64,000 nt of DNA, from positions 232,025 to 296,024 of the forward strand of contig NW_013657630.1 of the NCBI RefSeq assembly GCF_000142905.1, in the 5' to 3' direction. A program made the translations under genes and the position numbers. Shown piece after piece: positions 45,809 through 58,000 of this stretch. This DNA comes from Thecamonas trahens ATCC 50062. Its lineage: Eukaryota; Protista; Apusomonadida. The notes under the pieces are model-generated. The model was not told where the DNA came from, made no database searches, and saw nothing but the letters and a program-made list of their open reading frames with translations. How positions within the stretch are numbered: the stretch's first letter is position 1; every line of letters starts with the position of its first letter.

Positions 45809-47272
45809 TCACTTGCGGTTGGACGGGAGTGAGGACTTGGCGGCCTTGAGGATCTTCTTCAGCCGGGTGGGGACAGCAGCAGAGGAGACGTTCGAGAGTG
45901 GGAGCCATCGAGTGGTGGCAGGGAGTGCCTCGGGGTCGTCGCCGGCGGCAGTGCAGGCGACAAAGACGGCGATGGTTTGCGCAATGTGCGAGAACCGGTG
46001 CCGGACGACAGGAACGGTGGCACGGGCAAAGGTTGAGGGCTCGACATAGGCAGCCGGCGCGTTGAGCATGGTGGCGAGCTTGGCGTTGAGTCCGGCCTCG
46101 ACGGCAGCAATGTTATCGGCGGCATCGATGTCGTCCAGCGGGATGGCAGCGAGCTGCCAGAGGCCCGCGAGCAAGCCGGTCGGCGGGCGCTGCTCGACAA
46201 GGATCTCCAGCGGCGCGCCGTCGTCGCGGCGGCGATAGATGACAGCAGCAGCGAGGATCTCGCTGCGGACCTTGGTCTTCTTTTTCTTGCGAGGGTACTT
46301 TGTCACAGAGGCCGTCGGTGTCCCAGCCTCTTCCCATCCGAAGCACAGCTCGCACGCTGGCTTGGACTCGTCGTCGAGCTCGATGACCACGTGCGAGCGG
46401 GCACTTGGGCGCGGCGAGCCGTCAAGCAGCTTGGCCCGCTTAGTCTTGGGCGCAACAGTAGCTGGGTCCGGTGATTCGGCACGGATGTTGGCGACCTTTG
46501 GTTGAGTTGCAAGTGGGGTGAAGCCGAGCGCGTTCACCGCCGCGGCGCGGGTCGAGCTCACTTCGGCACGCGCCAGGCAGTGGTCGCGGATCGGGCACGA
46601 GCCGCACGACGGGTTGGCCTTGGTGCACACGGTCGCACCCAACTCCATCAGCGCTTGGTTGAGATCACCGGGGCGGTGCGGATCGACCAGCGCGGTCGCA
46701 TACTCCCAGAAGATCGGCGACGACGGCATGGCGCCGAGGGCGCGGAGCCGGGCGACGACCCGGACCACGTTGCCGTCGACGATGGGCGCCGGACAGCCAA
46801 AGGCAATAGAGGAAATGGCGCCTGCGGTGTACGGCCCGATGCCCGGGATCTTCTTCAGCTGCACAGGATCCCTCGGCAGGACGCCGCCAAACTCGGGACC
46901 CATGACAGCCTGGGCGCCCTTGTGCAGCAGCCGAGCGCGGCGATAGTATCCAAGGCCTGCCCAGGCAGCAAGGACGTCATCCAGCTGTGCGGCTGCCAGA
47001 TCGGCAAGGGTTGGCCAAGTCGATACAAACTTGTTAAAGTAGGCAATGACGGTGGCCACCTGCGTCTGCTGGAGCATGACCTCTGAGATCCAGACATGAT
47101 AGGCGAAGACGTCAGCCACGTCGTCTGCCCGGGTGCCCTCTGGCGCGCTCCAGAACGGTGCCCGCCACGGCAGCTCCCGTCGGTTGAGCGTGTACCACTT
47201 GAGCAAGCTCTCTCGTATCGATCCTGCACTTTCTCTGCTCAGCTCGTGGTAGCTGGCCGTGTGCGTGGCCAT
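45809..47272 (-). CDS. MUTYH: A/G-specific adenine DNA glycosylase (MutY homologue)
   Basis: Motifs RELPWR, WISEVMLQQTQV, WAGLGYYRRAR, HhH PGIGPYTAGAISSIAF, VDGNVVRV and NQALMELGATVC. 4Fe-4S motif C-x6-C-x2-C-x5-C; CELC in the interdomain connector; NUDIX-like C-terminus GLLAGLW..HRFSHI. Confidence 0.96.
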   Translation of the reverse strand: MATHTASYHELSRESAGSIRESLLKWYTLNRRELPWRAPFWSAPEGTRADDVADVFAYHVWISEVMLQQTQVATVIAYFNKFVSTWPTLADLAAAQLDDVLAAWAGLGYYRRARLLHKGAQAVMGPEFGGVLPRDPVQLKKIPGIGPYTAGAISSIAFGCPAPIVDGNVVRVVARLRALGAMPSSPIFWEYATALVDPHRPGDLNQALMELGATVCTKANPSCGSCPIRDHCLARAEVSSTRAAAVNALGFTPLATQPKVANIRAESPDPATVAPKTKRAKLLDGSPRPSARSHVVIELDDESKPACELCFGWEEAGTPTASVTKYPRKKKKTKVRSEILAAAVIYRRRDDGAPLEILVEQRPPTGLLAGLWQLAAIPLDDIDAADNIAAVEAGLNAKLATMLNAPAAYVEPSTFARATVPVVRHRFSHIAQTIAVFVACTAAGDDPEALPATTRWLPLSNVSSAAVPTRLKKILKAAKSSLPSNRK

Positions 47273-47580
47273 GGCGAGGTTCGCGTTTGAGTCGAGTGGC
47301 GATGGATCGGTCGAGAAGGGAGGGGAGGAAGGGAGTGAGGGCGAAGAAGAGGAGGGGGGAAGAGAGAGATGGGGGAGGGTTTGGAAGGGAGAGAGGGGGG
47401 AATGGGGACGGGGACGGGGGAGGATCGAGTGTGGCGATGGGCTGGAGGGAGGGGGAGAACGATGCGTGGTTTAGGCAGAGATGAACGGAAAAAGGCGATC
47501 AAGAAGTAGCGGTGAGGTGTACCCGGTAATCTGGGCATGAGGAGAGGCAGGATGAATGAAAGGTGGTTCCCAGGCGGCTC

Positions 47581-47926
47581 ATTGGATAGCCCAAGTTGTG
47601 GAGCGTTGATTGGTGTGAGCCTGAGGGCGCGATGTGGCGTCTATGGCTGCTGTGGCTGCGAAAAGGGAGGGGATAAATACAGTGGGCAGTTCGATGGTGT
47701 GTGTGGCACGAAATATACAGATATGTTTGAAGGGTAGGGATGGAGATTAGACAGCCAAGAAGCTGGTAGTTGGTAGTAGTGTCAAAGATGTACGAGTACT
47801 GTAAGTGTGAGTGTAGAAGGCGCAGGGTGGGCGGCTGTAGTGGGGTGGTGGTGTAGGGTGGCGTGAGGTCGAGGTTAATTGAGTGTGATTGATTATAGTT
47901 GGGCGGGACTGGGTGGCACGAAATAT
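47581..47926. promoter_or_regulatory. Putative divergent MUTYH/histone H4 promoter: two ATTGG (CCAAT) boxes and a duplicated GTGGCACGAAATAT motif
   Basis: ATTGG at 47581 and 47609; an exact 14-mer at 47703-47716 and 47913-47926. Regulatory function is inferred only. Confidence 0.35.
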
Positions 47927-47937
47927 GCAGTTATGCG

Positions 47938-48283
47938 NNNNNNNNNNNNNNNNNNNNNNNNNNNNNNNNNNNNNNNNNNNNNNNNNNNNNNNNNNNNNNN
48001 NNNNNNNNNNNNNNNNNNNNNNNNNNNNNNNNNNNNNNNNNNNNNNNNNNNNNNNNNNNNNNNNNNNNNNNNNNNNNNNNNNNNNNNNNNNNNNNNNNNN
48101 NNNNNNNNNNNNNNNNNNNNNNNNNNNNNNNNNNNNNNNNNNNNNNNNNNNNNNNNNNNNNNNNNNNNNNNNNNNNNNNNNNNNNNNNNNNNNNNNNNNN
48201 NNNNNNNNNNNNNNNNNNNNNNNNNNNNNNNNNNNNNNNNNNNNNNNNNNNNNNNNNNNNNNNNNNNNNNNNNNNNNNNNNNN
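47938..48283. other. Assembly gap (likely hides most of the histone H4 CDS)
   Basis: N run; a 312-nt H4 CDS would start at ~48030. Confidence 0.95.
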
Positions 48284-48341
48284 GGATGTCGTCTACGCGC
48301 TCAAGCGCCAGGGCCGCACCCTCTACGGCTTCGGTGGCTAA
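48284..48341 (+). CDS. H4: Histone H4, C-terminal fragment
   Basis: DVVYALKRQGRTLYGFGG* is the highly conserved H4 C-terminus. Confidence 0.97.
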
Positions 48342-48370
48342 GCATGGTGTCGCTGGCGGGCGCAAGCTCA

Positions 48371-48407
48371 CAGCAACAGCAACAGCAACAACAACAACAA
48401 CAACAAC
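48371..48407. repeat. (CAG/CAA)n trinucleotide tract in the H4 3' UTR
   Basis: Directly visible. Confidence 0.9.
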
Positions 48408-48408
48408 C

Positions 48409-48428
48409 TGTGTTCTTTTCAGAACACA
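48409..48428 (+). promoter_or_regulatory. Histone 3'-UTR stem-loop (TGTGTTCT-TTTC-AGAACACA)
   Basis: Perfect 8-bp stem with a TTTC loop closed by T-A, A/C-rich flanks, 67 nt after the H4 stop. Resembles the canonical GGCTCT-TTTC-AGAGCC. Confidence 0.75.
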
Positions 48429-49093
48429 CCACGTAGCACAGCTCGGGCAGCAAATGAAGGAACCAACCAAATGTGGAGCAGTCGATATGGAGCAGCGTGT
48501 TGGTGGCAGGGAGCGATGTGAGGTTTGGCCAGACGGTGTCACGGCGGCGGCGCGGTTTGCTTTGGGGGAAGAGGTAGGGAGGGAGGAATAGAGGGGGAGA
48601 GGGAGAAGGAGAGGCATTGGCACATACCCCGACCGACCTTGGCCTTCCTCCCATCTCATCGTGCTCGGTCGTGCCCAAGGCCTAGTCCGAGGCCTAGCCC
48701 ATCCGTTTTCTTTTCTGAAGTTCTGGCGGTTCTCGTGGGATCCTGACAAAGCCGAAACCACGCACGTGCCAGCAACACAGTCACGCGTCGACGCAGCCGA
48801 GCAGCGACACGAGTGTCAGCGCAAGCAGCACAAGCTGTCGGCCAGGTGCTTGCTCAAAGCCTCCCTCCCTCCCACATCCAGGTCGCCCTCTCCCCAACCC
48901 CAAATAATGCGACTTCAAAACTTTCCATTTGGTTCAGGTGTGAATGGCTGTACAGCGGCGGCGGGTGGAGGGAGGGGGAGGTACGGGCACGGCTGGCAAA
49001 GACACAGACACACGTCTCAAAAACACGACCTTGTAGTTGTGACCGAGCTAGTTTCAAGCCTCTCTCTATCTCTCTTTCTGACTCTCTATCAAC

Positions 49094-52000
49094 ATGGCTA
49101 GGGCTCGTGGTGGACGTATGCCCAGGCGTAAGCTTGGACGGGGCAAGGCGAGGAAGAAGGACCAAGGTGGTGGACGGAAGGAGGTCAAAAAAGTGACCAT
49201 TCTTTCGGCAGCAGAGGCCAAGGCGCTCAAGGCGCAGACTGGGGGTTCGAGTGGGGCCGGCAATGGCGATGGTGACAGCGGCTCGGCTGGTGCAGGGTCT
49301 GGTGCTGACTTTTCTGACGGAGTCGATGCGAGTCTGCTGTACCCGAGCAAGCCGGTCGATGAAGTGGTGGGCGAGATCCAGCGGATGAAGGACAGGGAGC
49401 GCGAGAGTCTCACCTCGACCGTGGCTGAGATCGAGGAGGAGAACGCGGTGTTGGCGGTGGATCCGTCCAAGACGATACACCCGAAAGTGGTCATGGCTGA
49501 GCTGAAGGAGCTGGCTGGCCTGCAGAGCGAAGACGGGATGCTGATTCCGGGCAACGCGCCGCTGGTCCCGTCGTTTGTGGCGTACGCACACGCGCGTCAG
49601 ATGGTGCTCAGCTCGCGGTCGACGCTCATGTCGCGCGGCATGCTCCGCGTGCTCAACGCCAAGCTCCACGAGGCACTCGGCAGCGAGGTCGCCAACAAGC
49701 TCATTGCAGCGTCCAAGTACACTGCGCCGTTCCGGCCCGACGCGGCGGTCCTGGAGAGCGGCAGCAAGGCGCAGCCCAGGGCCGGCGAGAGTGGCAACGA
49801 GAGCGAGCAGTCGAGTGAGTCTGGCGGCGCCGGCGTCTCACGCGGTGTGGCACTCGGCCTCGGCGCGGTTTTTGCGCTCCTGTCGCAGGCGCACGCGACG
49901 GATCCGCAGCTGACGACGACGGCGCTCACGGTGGTTACCGACCTGCTCGCCGAGTTCCTCCCGGGCGAGCTTGCGCGGGCCGAGGATGGGTTCTACCTCG
50001 ACGAGCTCGAGGAGCTGCTCCTCTCGATGCTCGACGGAAGCTCGAGTGAGGCAGCGGCGGCGACGGTCTCGGCGCTGCTCTCGCTGGCGCTGGCGCGCAT
50101 GTCGCGGGCATCGCTCGCCACGCTTGCTACGCGGCTGGTGGATCTCGCGGCCAAGGCCGAACCGCAGACGATCACTGCTCCTGTTGGTCTCTCCAAGACC
50201 GCCCGTATGGTGCTCAAGTACATGTACGAGGTCAGCAGCGGTCGCGGGGCCAATGACGGCGCAACTGGTGACGGCAACGGCAGTGGCGCAGCGGCTGTGA
50301 TGACGGCCGACGCCGGAGACGGCGTGGCCCTCGACGGCGACGCGTGCAACGGCGCGGTCTTGGCAGCAGCGGCCGACGGCGACGCGCTGTACGTCCACTT
50401 TGCCGGCGGTCGGCTCGTGTCGTTTGAGCGCGAGAATGGCACCGTGCGGGCATCGCGGGACGGCTTTTATCCCGAAGCGACGACGTCGGCGCTCGCAGTC
50501 AGGGGCGAGCAGCTCTACTGCACGTGCTCGGAGATGTCGCTCGGGGTGGTGGCGGTGCTGAGCAGCGGCAGCCTGGCCGACGCCTCGCTTCTTGTCTGCG
50601 ACATTGGTGTCTCGGAGAGCTTCCAGGACCTGCCGCTGCTCTCGGTCTCGTTTTGCGACGCCGGGCTGGCGGCCATGTATGGCACGGCTATCCGCAGACA
50701 GTGCGTGGTCAAGACGTATGCGCTGGAGGCCGACATGCCGCTGCTGAACGTGAGCTCGCTCGATGCTGTAGCGGCCGAGGCGACCACCGGCGACATGTGT
50801 GTCTTTGGGCTGAGTGGCGTGCGATCGTGGGATCCGGCCGGCGGCGCGGGCTTCCGGGTCCTTGCCGACAAGGCGCCGAGCGAGGCGCTCGCCGGGGCAA
50901 CGCTCGCGGATGTGGCCGTCATCGACGAGCTCACACTGTTTGTCACCAGCGCCGGCCATGTGCTCTTCCGTGGCACCGATGCCGGGCTCGGCGGCGCCGA
51001 GGTGAGCCGACAGGTGGCCGAGTACGAGCCGCTGCGGGAGCTCTCTGTGGCGCGCATTGTCGTTCCGCCACCGCGGGGCGAGGGCGTGGCCGCAGCCAAG
51101 TACGTGCATGTTCTGACTCGCGACGGCGGGCTGTATGTGCTGGGCGACACGTCGCATCCGACCGACGCCAGCGCCAGCGGAGTGGAGCTGGCGCTTGCCG
51201 GCGGCGGCGCGGTTGCGGGCTCGTTCTCGCCTGTCCGACTCGTCCGGCCTGCGGACGAGACCGACGGCACACCGTCAGTGGTGGCGGAGGCGCAGATCGC
51301 CATCGAGGTCCAGGCCATCGACGTGGCGTCGAATGGGACGACACTGTATCTCATCGACGATAACGGGCGAGTCTCTGCGTGCGGCAAGTCGCCACTCGGC
51401 TTCAAGGCCGCGTCCGAGGCCAACGTCGAGCCCAGGCTCAAGGCTGTTCCCAAGCTCTCGTCGATGACGGCAGTGCGGGTGTCTGCCAGCGAGCTGCACG
51501 TTGCTGTGCTTGACAACAAGGGCCAGGTGTGGGTGTGCGAGAAGGGCGCCAACTCGCGGTTTGCCAAACTCGCGCTCGGCGGCAATCTCGGATCCCCGTG
51601 CGACGTTGTTGCCGGCGACGGATGGACTGCTGTCCGGACGCTTGATGGCAAGGTTGCGCGGTTCGCCACGGTGGCAGCAAGCGCAGCCAAGGCCAAAGCG
51701 GAGGCCAAGGCGGAGGCCAAGGCGGAGGCCAAGGCCAAGGCTGACGATAATGGTGAAGGCGATGACGGGAGCGCATCCACGTTTGACATTGTGCCCAATG
51801 TTGTGCAGGCGCTGGCATGCGGTGATGCGCTGTGGACACTCGATGCGCACGGGAAGTTGGTGGAGCACCGCGGCGATGGCGATGGCGCGGGCGCCGCTCG
51901 GCTTGCGTTGCCCGAGTCGGGCGTGGTCGCGTTTGGCGTCGGAAGTGATGGGCGGCTCGAGGCCGCCATTGCGCCGCTTCTCTCCAGAAGCGCTCAGACC

Positions 52001-55000
52001 GATGGCGGGAGTGTGTTTGCGAGCGCAGGCAAGATTGTGCTCCGGACACCGCTCTCGCGTGAGACGTCAGTCGGCGGCACGGCGACAGTGGTGCGGCGAG
52101 CTGCAGCGGTGACTAGTGTGACAGGCTCGGACGGTGCGCTCGTGGTTGCTCGCAACGGCGACGTGCTGCGTGCAGTGAGCGTGGCGGCGAGCTCGGCCAA
52201 TGGACCGGCGGCGGCGAGGTCCGAGAGTGATGAGGCCGAGGGCGAGGCTCTGGACGCCGAGGTGACTCAGCTGGAGCTCGGCGGCGTGCCAGGAGTTGTA
52301 GCACAGATGCTGGCACAGCTGAGCAAGGACAGCAGTGGCGGAAGTGACTTGCTCTCGTTGATCAAGGGCGCTGCCGACGGAGCGTTCGGCGAGCTGACAG
52401 AGCGTGGGCTCAACTCGAGTACGGGCAGATTGTTACATCGCCGTCGCGGTTCAGTAACGCGTACACCGGCTGGCAGCTGCGTGCTGTGGAGAAGATTGGC
52501 ATGACAGTCAGAGGAGCGAAGGCCGTGGCGCTGCATGGCATCGGAACGTACGGTGGCGACGGCGAGTACACGGTGTCGTTTGAGGTGATCGAGTCCGGGA
52601 CCGGGCGCGTGGTGGCGCGTGGGGCGTCGTCGTTCAAGTCTTCCACTGCATCGGTTGTGCCGCTCAAGTGCACCAAGCCTGGCGTGCTCATCCCGAACGT
52701 GCGCTACGCCGTTGTGGTGCAGCAGAAGCTCAAGAGTGGCGGCGGCGGCATGCAGTACTACGGATCGGGAACACAGAGCCCGTTCCAGGTTTTCCTCCCG
52801 AGTGGCGCCATCAATATCCTGTGGTCGACGATCGATAACAACGGCGGGACCAACGTTTCGTCGGGCCTTATTCCCACGCTGGAGCTCTCGGATGTGTGTG
52901 TGAAGAAGTCGGCGGGACCGACAGCGTCGTACTCGCTAGCATCTGCAAATGCTGACAAGACGCGGAGCAGCATGATGGCGGCACTGCAGGCGGCCGAGGC
53001 GATGGTGAGCAACACCGAGGCTGTGAGCACGGTCCGCGATGCGGTTCGCTACGTGACCAACTCGATGGGGGAGGTGCCACGGTTCGGCACGGACGCGCAG
53101 CTTGTGGAGCGGCTCGGCGAGGTGGTGCATGCGTTTGTGGTTGCCCAGGGTGCCGAGACCGCACGTCCGGCCTTTGTCTCTGCGTATTCGTTTGTGTTCC
53201 GCACATGGGAGGCTCGTGCTGAGGCGCTGGTTGCGCTGCTCCGCGAAGTGGTACAGACTGGGTACGGCAGCGACCTGCTCCGTGTCCACGCGCACGCCCT
53301 TGCAGAGCTGCCCGGTTTTGCGGCGCACTTGCTCCATGCGTCGCCGGCCGAAGCCATGGTTGGCAGCAGCGGCAGTGGCAGTGGCAAGGGCAAGGAGGAG
53401 ACTGATGCGGTGGACGGCGGCGTAGGCTCCGGCTCCGGCTCTAGTTCTGGATCAGGCCTGGGGCTGCTGCTGCTGGAAGCAGCGCGTCTGGAGCCTGCGG
53501 TGATGCCGTTGCTGAAGGCGTTTGTGTCGGGCCTGCACACCTGTGTTCTGCACAACAAGCCGCAGCACAGCGGCGGAAAGGTGGTGGAGGCGCCGATTGC
53601 GAGTGTGACGCGGTTTGAGAACCGCGGTCCATCGTGGGGCTACGGCTCGCGCGATGCGCTGCAGGTGTCGGCGGCCGAGGACGTTGTGCTCATCGGGTTC
53701 TCGCCGATTCACGGCAGCGGGGACTACAATGGCAACATCGAGATCATGGACGAAGCCAGCGGCGACGTGCTCTACAAGCAGGATGACATCAACCTCGAGT
53801 GTGTCTCGCCGGACGAGCCGTGCGAGATGGTTGCGCTCGACGAACCGCTGGTTATGGACGCCGGGGTCAACTACACGCTTGCATGCACCTTTCATGGCTC
53901 GTCGGGCAACCGCGGACTCAACGGTGTGGCCTCAGCTGATGGCGACGACGGAGTCGCATTTACATTTACTGGCTCGCGGCACTCGCACAACGGCACGTCG
54001 GTCGAGTACGGACAGCTGCCGGTGCTTTACTATCGGCGGGCGACAGCGGTCGCGGTTGTGACTCCCGCGGTTGTCGACGACGAGTCGTACGAGAATGCCG
54101 TCAGCGAGTGGCGCAGTGTTGTGGCGATGTATGTGACCATGGCTGCCGAGGTTCTGAAGACTGAGGAGCTTTCCAGCGCCGTGGCGGGCGTGGTGGCGGA
54201 CGTACTCCAGCTGCCGGCCGGCGTGCTGATTGGCGAGGAGAACGGGATTCTTGCCGATGCGGCTGCAGCGCTGGCGCAGCGGGCGTCGGCGACCAAGATG
54301 TGCCCGCCGGGAAGCGAGGAGGAGCCACAGCGCGCTACGTTCATCGAGTCGGCGCACCCGTACCCTGACGGCGTGACGACGGTGCAGGAGGTTGTAGTGC
54401 CGGGCGAAGCGGCAGTTGTGGTCTTTGACGCCGAGTCGCGGACGCTGGGGCCGGACGACACAGTGCAGGTGTTCTTGGACTCGAGCCTAACGACGGCGAT
54501 CACGCCCAAGATGTATGGCGAGACCAACTGGCCCAAGGCGCCGGTTCTTGTGCCGACGTCCAAGTTCTGGATTGCGATCCAGTCAGCCAAGCTTCCACAA
54601 ATGCTCCCGCACGGGCTGGATGTTGAAGCAGCGCGGCGCGGATACGGTGCACTCGTGTACAGCGTGCCGCGGGCTGACAGCGAGCTGTCGACAGCATCAG
54701 AGGGGGTGTACCTGGCATGCCGGGCGCTGGCTATGGCGGAAGAGGCGCTGGCGAGCGTCGAGTACGAGACGACGCCTGTGAGCAAGGCGCTGCCGGAAGA
54801 TGCATCCGCCAACGATGTGGCTGCGGCGGCCGAGGCTGCGGCGGCCAAGGCCGAGGCAGCCAAGGCAAAGGTGGAGCGGATGCTCAAGGAGGTGCCGCTG
54901 CTTGGCAACGGCATCGAGCCGAGCGAGGTGAGCAGCGCAACGCGTCGGATCCGTAAGTTCCTCTCGGACTTTGTGGAAGAGAAGGAGGATAGCTCTGGCG

Positions 55001-58000
55001 GGCAGCTGGGGCTCTGGCTGTGCGGACTTGTGTTTGGTGATGATGAGCCCAAGGCGAGCGAGTCGGCCAAGGCGGACGCGGATGCGGACACGGACGCGGA
55101 CGAGGAAGCCGAAGCAATGAGCAAGTTGAAGCGGAGTGCGCGGACTCTCTTTGCGGCGCACCTCCATCACCAGAACCTTGTCGAGTATGCGATGGCGGCA
55201 TGCGTTGAGCTCAAGTTTGCCGGAGCGGAGCAGAGCCAGATGCTCTCGGCGCTGAAGACGCTGTGGCTGAAGGTATGCAAGGCACTCCAGCCGTGGGGCA
55301 CCAAGCTCGGCATGCTGAACGATGACGCGATATCGGGCGACGGCAGCGATGCCATTGAGACGCCCAACGACAAGGCGGTGTCTGGCATCGCTGTGGCAGC
55401 GGCAGCATATGCTGCGGCTGGCGATGACGATGACGACGACGACGACGACTTTGCGCTTGCGCTGGACATTCTGTTCTCGGAGCCGCGCAAGGCTGGCGAG
55501 GTTGTGGTCAGCAGGGTGTGCGCGGAGATGACGATCGACGAGGTCCAGGCCAAGGCGCAGCTGCTGCTGGATCTCCAGGCGCGGGCGCTGTTTGAGGACG
55601 TGGTCGGGACCGAGGGCGAAGGGGAGTGCGACGGCGACGGGCGTGGCGGCTCCGAGTCCGAGTCAGACTCTGACGACGGCCCGCCGCCGATGCTCTCGCG
55701 TGCGCACTCGGACTTTAACGCAAGTGCGGCACGGGGGATCGCACCGCATGTGCAGCGGACAACGCAGCGGATGGCAACAGTGGCAGACCTCGGGTCGCTG
55801 CTGGATGTGCAGTCGAGCCGACGGGCCAATGAGCGTGGCGGGCGCGACGCGCGCGGGAGCAGTGCCGGCCGCGGCGAGGTGGTCAAGCTTGTGAGCTCTG
55901 CAACGTACCAGACGATCATGCGACTCATGTTTGAGGAAAGCTTTGACGTGGTGGCGATGCGGTCGCGGGTGGAGCGAACCAAGAGTATTGCAGAGGCGCG
56001 GGAGCGGACAATGCGGACGCTGAACGAGCTGCTGGCCAGCTCCCGCGACGCCGAGGCGCAGGCAATTGTGCTGTGGAGCGTGTGCTCGCAGCTGCGCAGT
56101 CGCAGCAAACGGCACTACTCGGCCGGGATCGAGGGCGCCGGACTGGGGCTCGTTCAATCTCTGCGCGAGGCGTTCCACGCCCTCTACCGCCGGATCGCGC
56201 TCCTCATCACGGATGGCGCGTCCGAGGCGGTGCAGCAACTTGCGGTGGCGTGCTTTGACCTGGAGTTTGAGGCAGCAGACCATCCGCATCTGCAGGCCAG
56301 CGGCGTGTTTGGCCTGCTCCGGTCTGTGATGCAGAGCAAGAGCACCGAGAGCGGGAAGGGGCGCAGGTGACGACGACGGAGCTTGAGGACGTTTCCACGG
56401 TCGGAGCGATGACGGCCAAGCCGAACAACGGCATGCGTGAGTCGATGACTGACGGCGATACCGACACATTCTGGGAGGGCGACGGAAACGGTGGGACGGT
56501 AACGTTTGAGTTCCCGGACGAGGTGTACGTAGAGGCGATGACGGTGGCTGTTGCGGCAGGCGACAAAGCCGCTATCCCCAGTGGCATGTCGTTGGCGTAC
56601 GGCGTGCACCCGGACTACCTCGATGGCGAGGTAGCGTCGGTTTCTGTGGACAGGAAGTCACTGTACACCGAGGACGGCAACATCGGGTGGTTCACATACC
56701 CGGTGGGCGTGGCGAGTCGGACCTTTGTGCTGCGCGTGAGCGGTCAGACACCACGGGTGCGGCAGCTGCGGGTGCTCGCGCGGGCGGTCAAGGCGCGAGT
56801 GCCCGGCAAGGCGGGACCGAGCTTTGCGCACGCGGCGCTCGGGGTGTTTAACCGCCTCGCGGCACAGGTGTTTGGCACGCTACAGGCTGGCGGCGATGGA
56901 GCGTCGGCGGACCTCCGCGAGCAGCTTGTGTCGATGCTCGAGGATGCGTCGCCGCTCAAGGCCACAGTGCTCGACGTGCTTCGGGCGGAGCTGGTGCGTG
57001 TGACCGAGGCGCGGCTTGGGCTCGCGTGGCAGCCGTCGCAGCGAAAGACGGCGGCGAGCCGGGTGGCATTCGAGCTTGCGGTGGCGGACGACACGTTCCC
57101 GTTCGAGCTCATCTCGATGGTCCACGCGCTGTCTGCGAGCAAGGCCGGGCTGGCTTGGGTGTTGTCCGGCGAGGGCATGCCTGTGGTGTGGGCGGCGGGC
57201 GCGCTGCTGCTGACAGGAACGACGCGTGTGCAGCGCGGCGCGCTGGGAGTGCTCAAGCGGGTGTTTTCGAGCGACGTTGACTTTGGCACAATGGGCCGCG
57301 CGCTCGGCGTTCTTGTGGGCGGCACAACGCTCGCCGAGTACTTTGCAGCTGTGGTGGCCAAGACACTGCGGGCCACGCTGCGGGTTGCCGGCAAGAAGGC
57401 CAAGAGCGAGGAGAAGGGCGCGGCGGAGCGTGAGTTTGACGAGGTCTTTGGCGAGCTGCCAGCCTACCGCGGGCAAGTGCCGGACGAGCTGCGCGCCGGG
57501 GTGGTTGAGCTGGCGCGAATGGCGATTGCCGGCGGCGAGAACGAGGGCGAGCACGAAGGCGCGACTGTCGTGCGAAGCCGGCTCGTGGCGCAGGTCTCTA
57601 ACCTGGTGCAGATGCAGGAGCTGGATGCGAGCGAGATGTTTACGTCTGAAGCGCTATGGCTCTCTGTGGCGGCGCTGGGGGTGTTGTGCGAGGACGAGAC
57701 TGCCGTGGCGGCTGTCAACGAGGCCGCAAGCGCAGCGCTCGCACGCGAGAGCGACGACGGCAACGACGGCGCTGCTGAGGTTGTGCTGTGCGAGAACCAC
57801 GACGACGGGGTGACCAAGGCCGCGATGCGGTGCGAGAGCTGTGCCACTGCACTCTGCGCCGACTGCGACCGATTCCTGCACCTACCGCGCAACAAGCGCG
57901 AGCACACGCGTGAGGCGATCATCGATCACGAGGCGTTTGTGGTGGAGATGCGCGAGGGATGCGCACGGGTCAAGATGTCGCAGTTTGTGGTGGTCTTTGA

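Noticed and set aside
47879-48761. ORFs spanning N-runs (also 10628-11294 and 61394-62969)
   Set aside because: Artefacts of translating through gaps. Only the H4 tail, the CUB gene first exon and the kinase segments are supported.
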